Shown: piece after piece, positions 49,920 through 51,033 of the stretch | Position numbering within the stretch: the stretch's first letter is position 1 | Layout: the number at the start of each line of letters is the position of its first letter | Source: Chara braunii | Taxonomy: Eukaryota > Plantae > Charophyceae | Assembly: GCA_003427395.1 (NCBI GenBank) | Contig: BFEA01000032.1 | Span: forward strand, 531,524-582,556 | Direction of reading: 5' to 3' | Length of the DNA: 51,033 nucleotides | Translations under genes and position numbers: made by a program | Notes under the pieces: model-generated | Told to the model about the DNA's origin: nothing | The model's input: the letters and a program-made list of their open reading frames with translations, nothing else | The model's database searches: none

Positions 49920-50345
49920 GAGAGAGATGGTTAACAACAATTGTATTTTTCATCACCACTTAAGGAAACCCTTCACCACTTCAAGATGCAGTCTGCCTAA
50001 ACAGGTGGTTTTTAGGGTCTTCGGACCTTTCACCACTTCAGGACCATGCAGGTCTAAAAATCCTGAATGGTCCTGAAGTGGTGAAAGCTCCGAAGACCCT
50101 CAAAACCACCTGTTTAAGCAGGCTGCATCCTCAAGTGGTGAAGGGTGGTTTTCATGGTCTTCGGACCTTTCACCACTTCATGACCATTCAGGATTTTCGG
50201 ACTGCCCCAAACTCTTTCTTTACCACTTCAGGACACCCTTCACCACTTCAGGATGCAACCTGCCTAAATAAGTGGTTTCTAGGGTTTTCGGACCTTTTAC
50301 CACTTCAGAACCATTTAGGATTTTCAAACTGCCCAAAACTCTCAC
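49920..50345. repeat. CACCACTTCAGG-based repeat block, copy 2, with direct and inverted units
   Basis: Same start as 46727. Inverted arms at 49968-50052 and 50062-50146, then further direct units. Confidence 0.85.
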
Positions 50346-50916
50346 TTTATAATTTTCATTCGTGAATTTTCAACTACCCGATAAGCGCTTGTGATGGTTG
50401 AAAGCTGCCTCTTGATTCATACTTTTGTAAGTCGTTGGTCTGCACTTTTCCACCTGGCCCATAGTGCACACAGTCCCTCATGGTACTTGCTGACTGTACA
50501 AAGTGAGACTGGGACTGGGTATCGCTAACTAAGCGAAGTTGGACTCACCACTTGCCCATTTGCCTTTGGGCTGTTGTGAGTAACGCGTGAAAAACTCAAA
50601 AGGCCACTTGCGGACCTTTAGAAAGTCTGTTGACTTGGCCTTTCGGGACTGTAGCAACTACGACCTTGACCTTTCAAAATTGTTGCCGCTATGACATTGA
50701 CCTTTAAAAATTGCTACAACTACGGCCTCTAGGGGATACACCTACAGTTCGTGACCCGACAACTACACCGACCTACGACAGACAAGAACTAACTCCTAAA
50801 ACGCAGGTCACATGTTCAAAACACAAGGGTACTGTACACGGGTGAGGTGAGGTCTAGGGATTGAGCCTTGGGATCTGCATCTGTCACTTCAAAGGTGAAA
50901 ACCGTTATATATATAT

Positions 50917-51033
50917 TTTCCATCTGGTGTGGGTGAGTGATAGTCTACTTTGATTTTGGTTAAGGTAGATTATCATTTACAGTGTAATCAGTGAGGGGAT
51001 TCTGCAGACTGTTGAGGGTTCAGCCTCCTGATG
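50917..51033 (+). repeat. Dispersed repeat, copy of 27490-27579, running off the window end
   Basis: About 89 bp with one mismatch to 27490-27579, directly after a short (TA)n. Confidence 0.8.

Overview
This is eukaryotic, repeat-rich genomic DNA from the green-plant lineage. The eS8 protein is plant-type and the PBS matches plant tRNA-Asp. A streptophyte alga such as Chara is my impression only and is not proven. One intact host gene is clear: the five-exon 40S ribosomal protein S8 (RPS8/eS8) on the minus strand, complement(join(17669..17753,18617..18789,19103..19427,20889..20961,21116..21119)), 219 aa. The right half is dominated by a 13.8-kb LTR retrotransposon (29857-43640). It has very long LTRs (about 4.3-4.7 kb), a 4-bp TSD, a tRNA-Asp PBS, a decayed gag with a CCHC knuckle and no recognisable pol, and it has split an older gag-like ORF. 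The rest is microsatellites, minisatellites, degenerate satellites, transposon fragments and assembly gaps. The most interesting unexplained signals are: (i) a short element found four times, always inside (TA)n, with one fixed end and one variably truncated end; (ii) a spliced three-exon micro-ORF with strong splice sites at 24062-24591; (iii) two miRNA-like stem-loops (16926-17057, 25219-25315); (iv) an array of 12 W-box cores, mostly spaced about one helical turn apart. All calls were made by eye; no searches were run.
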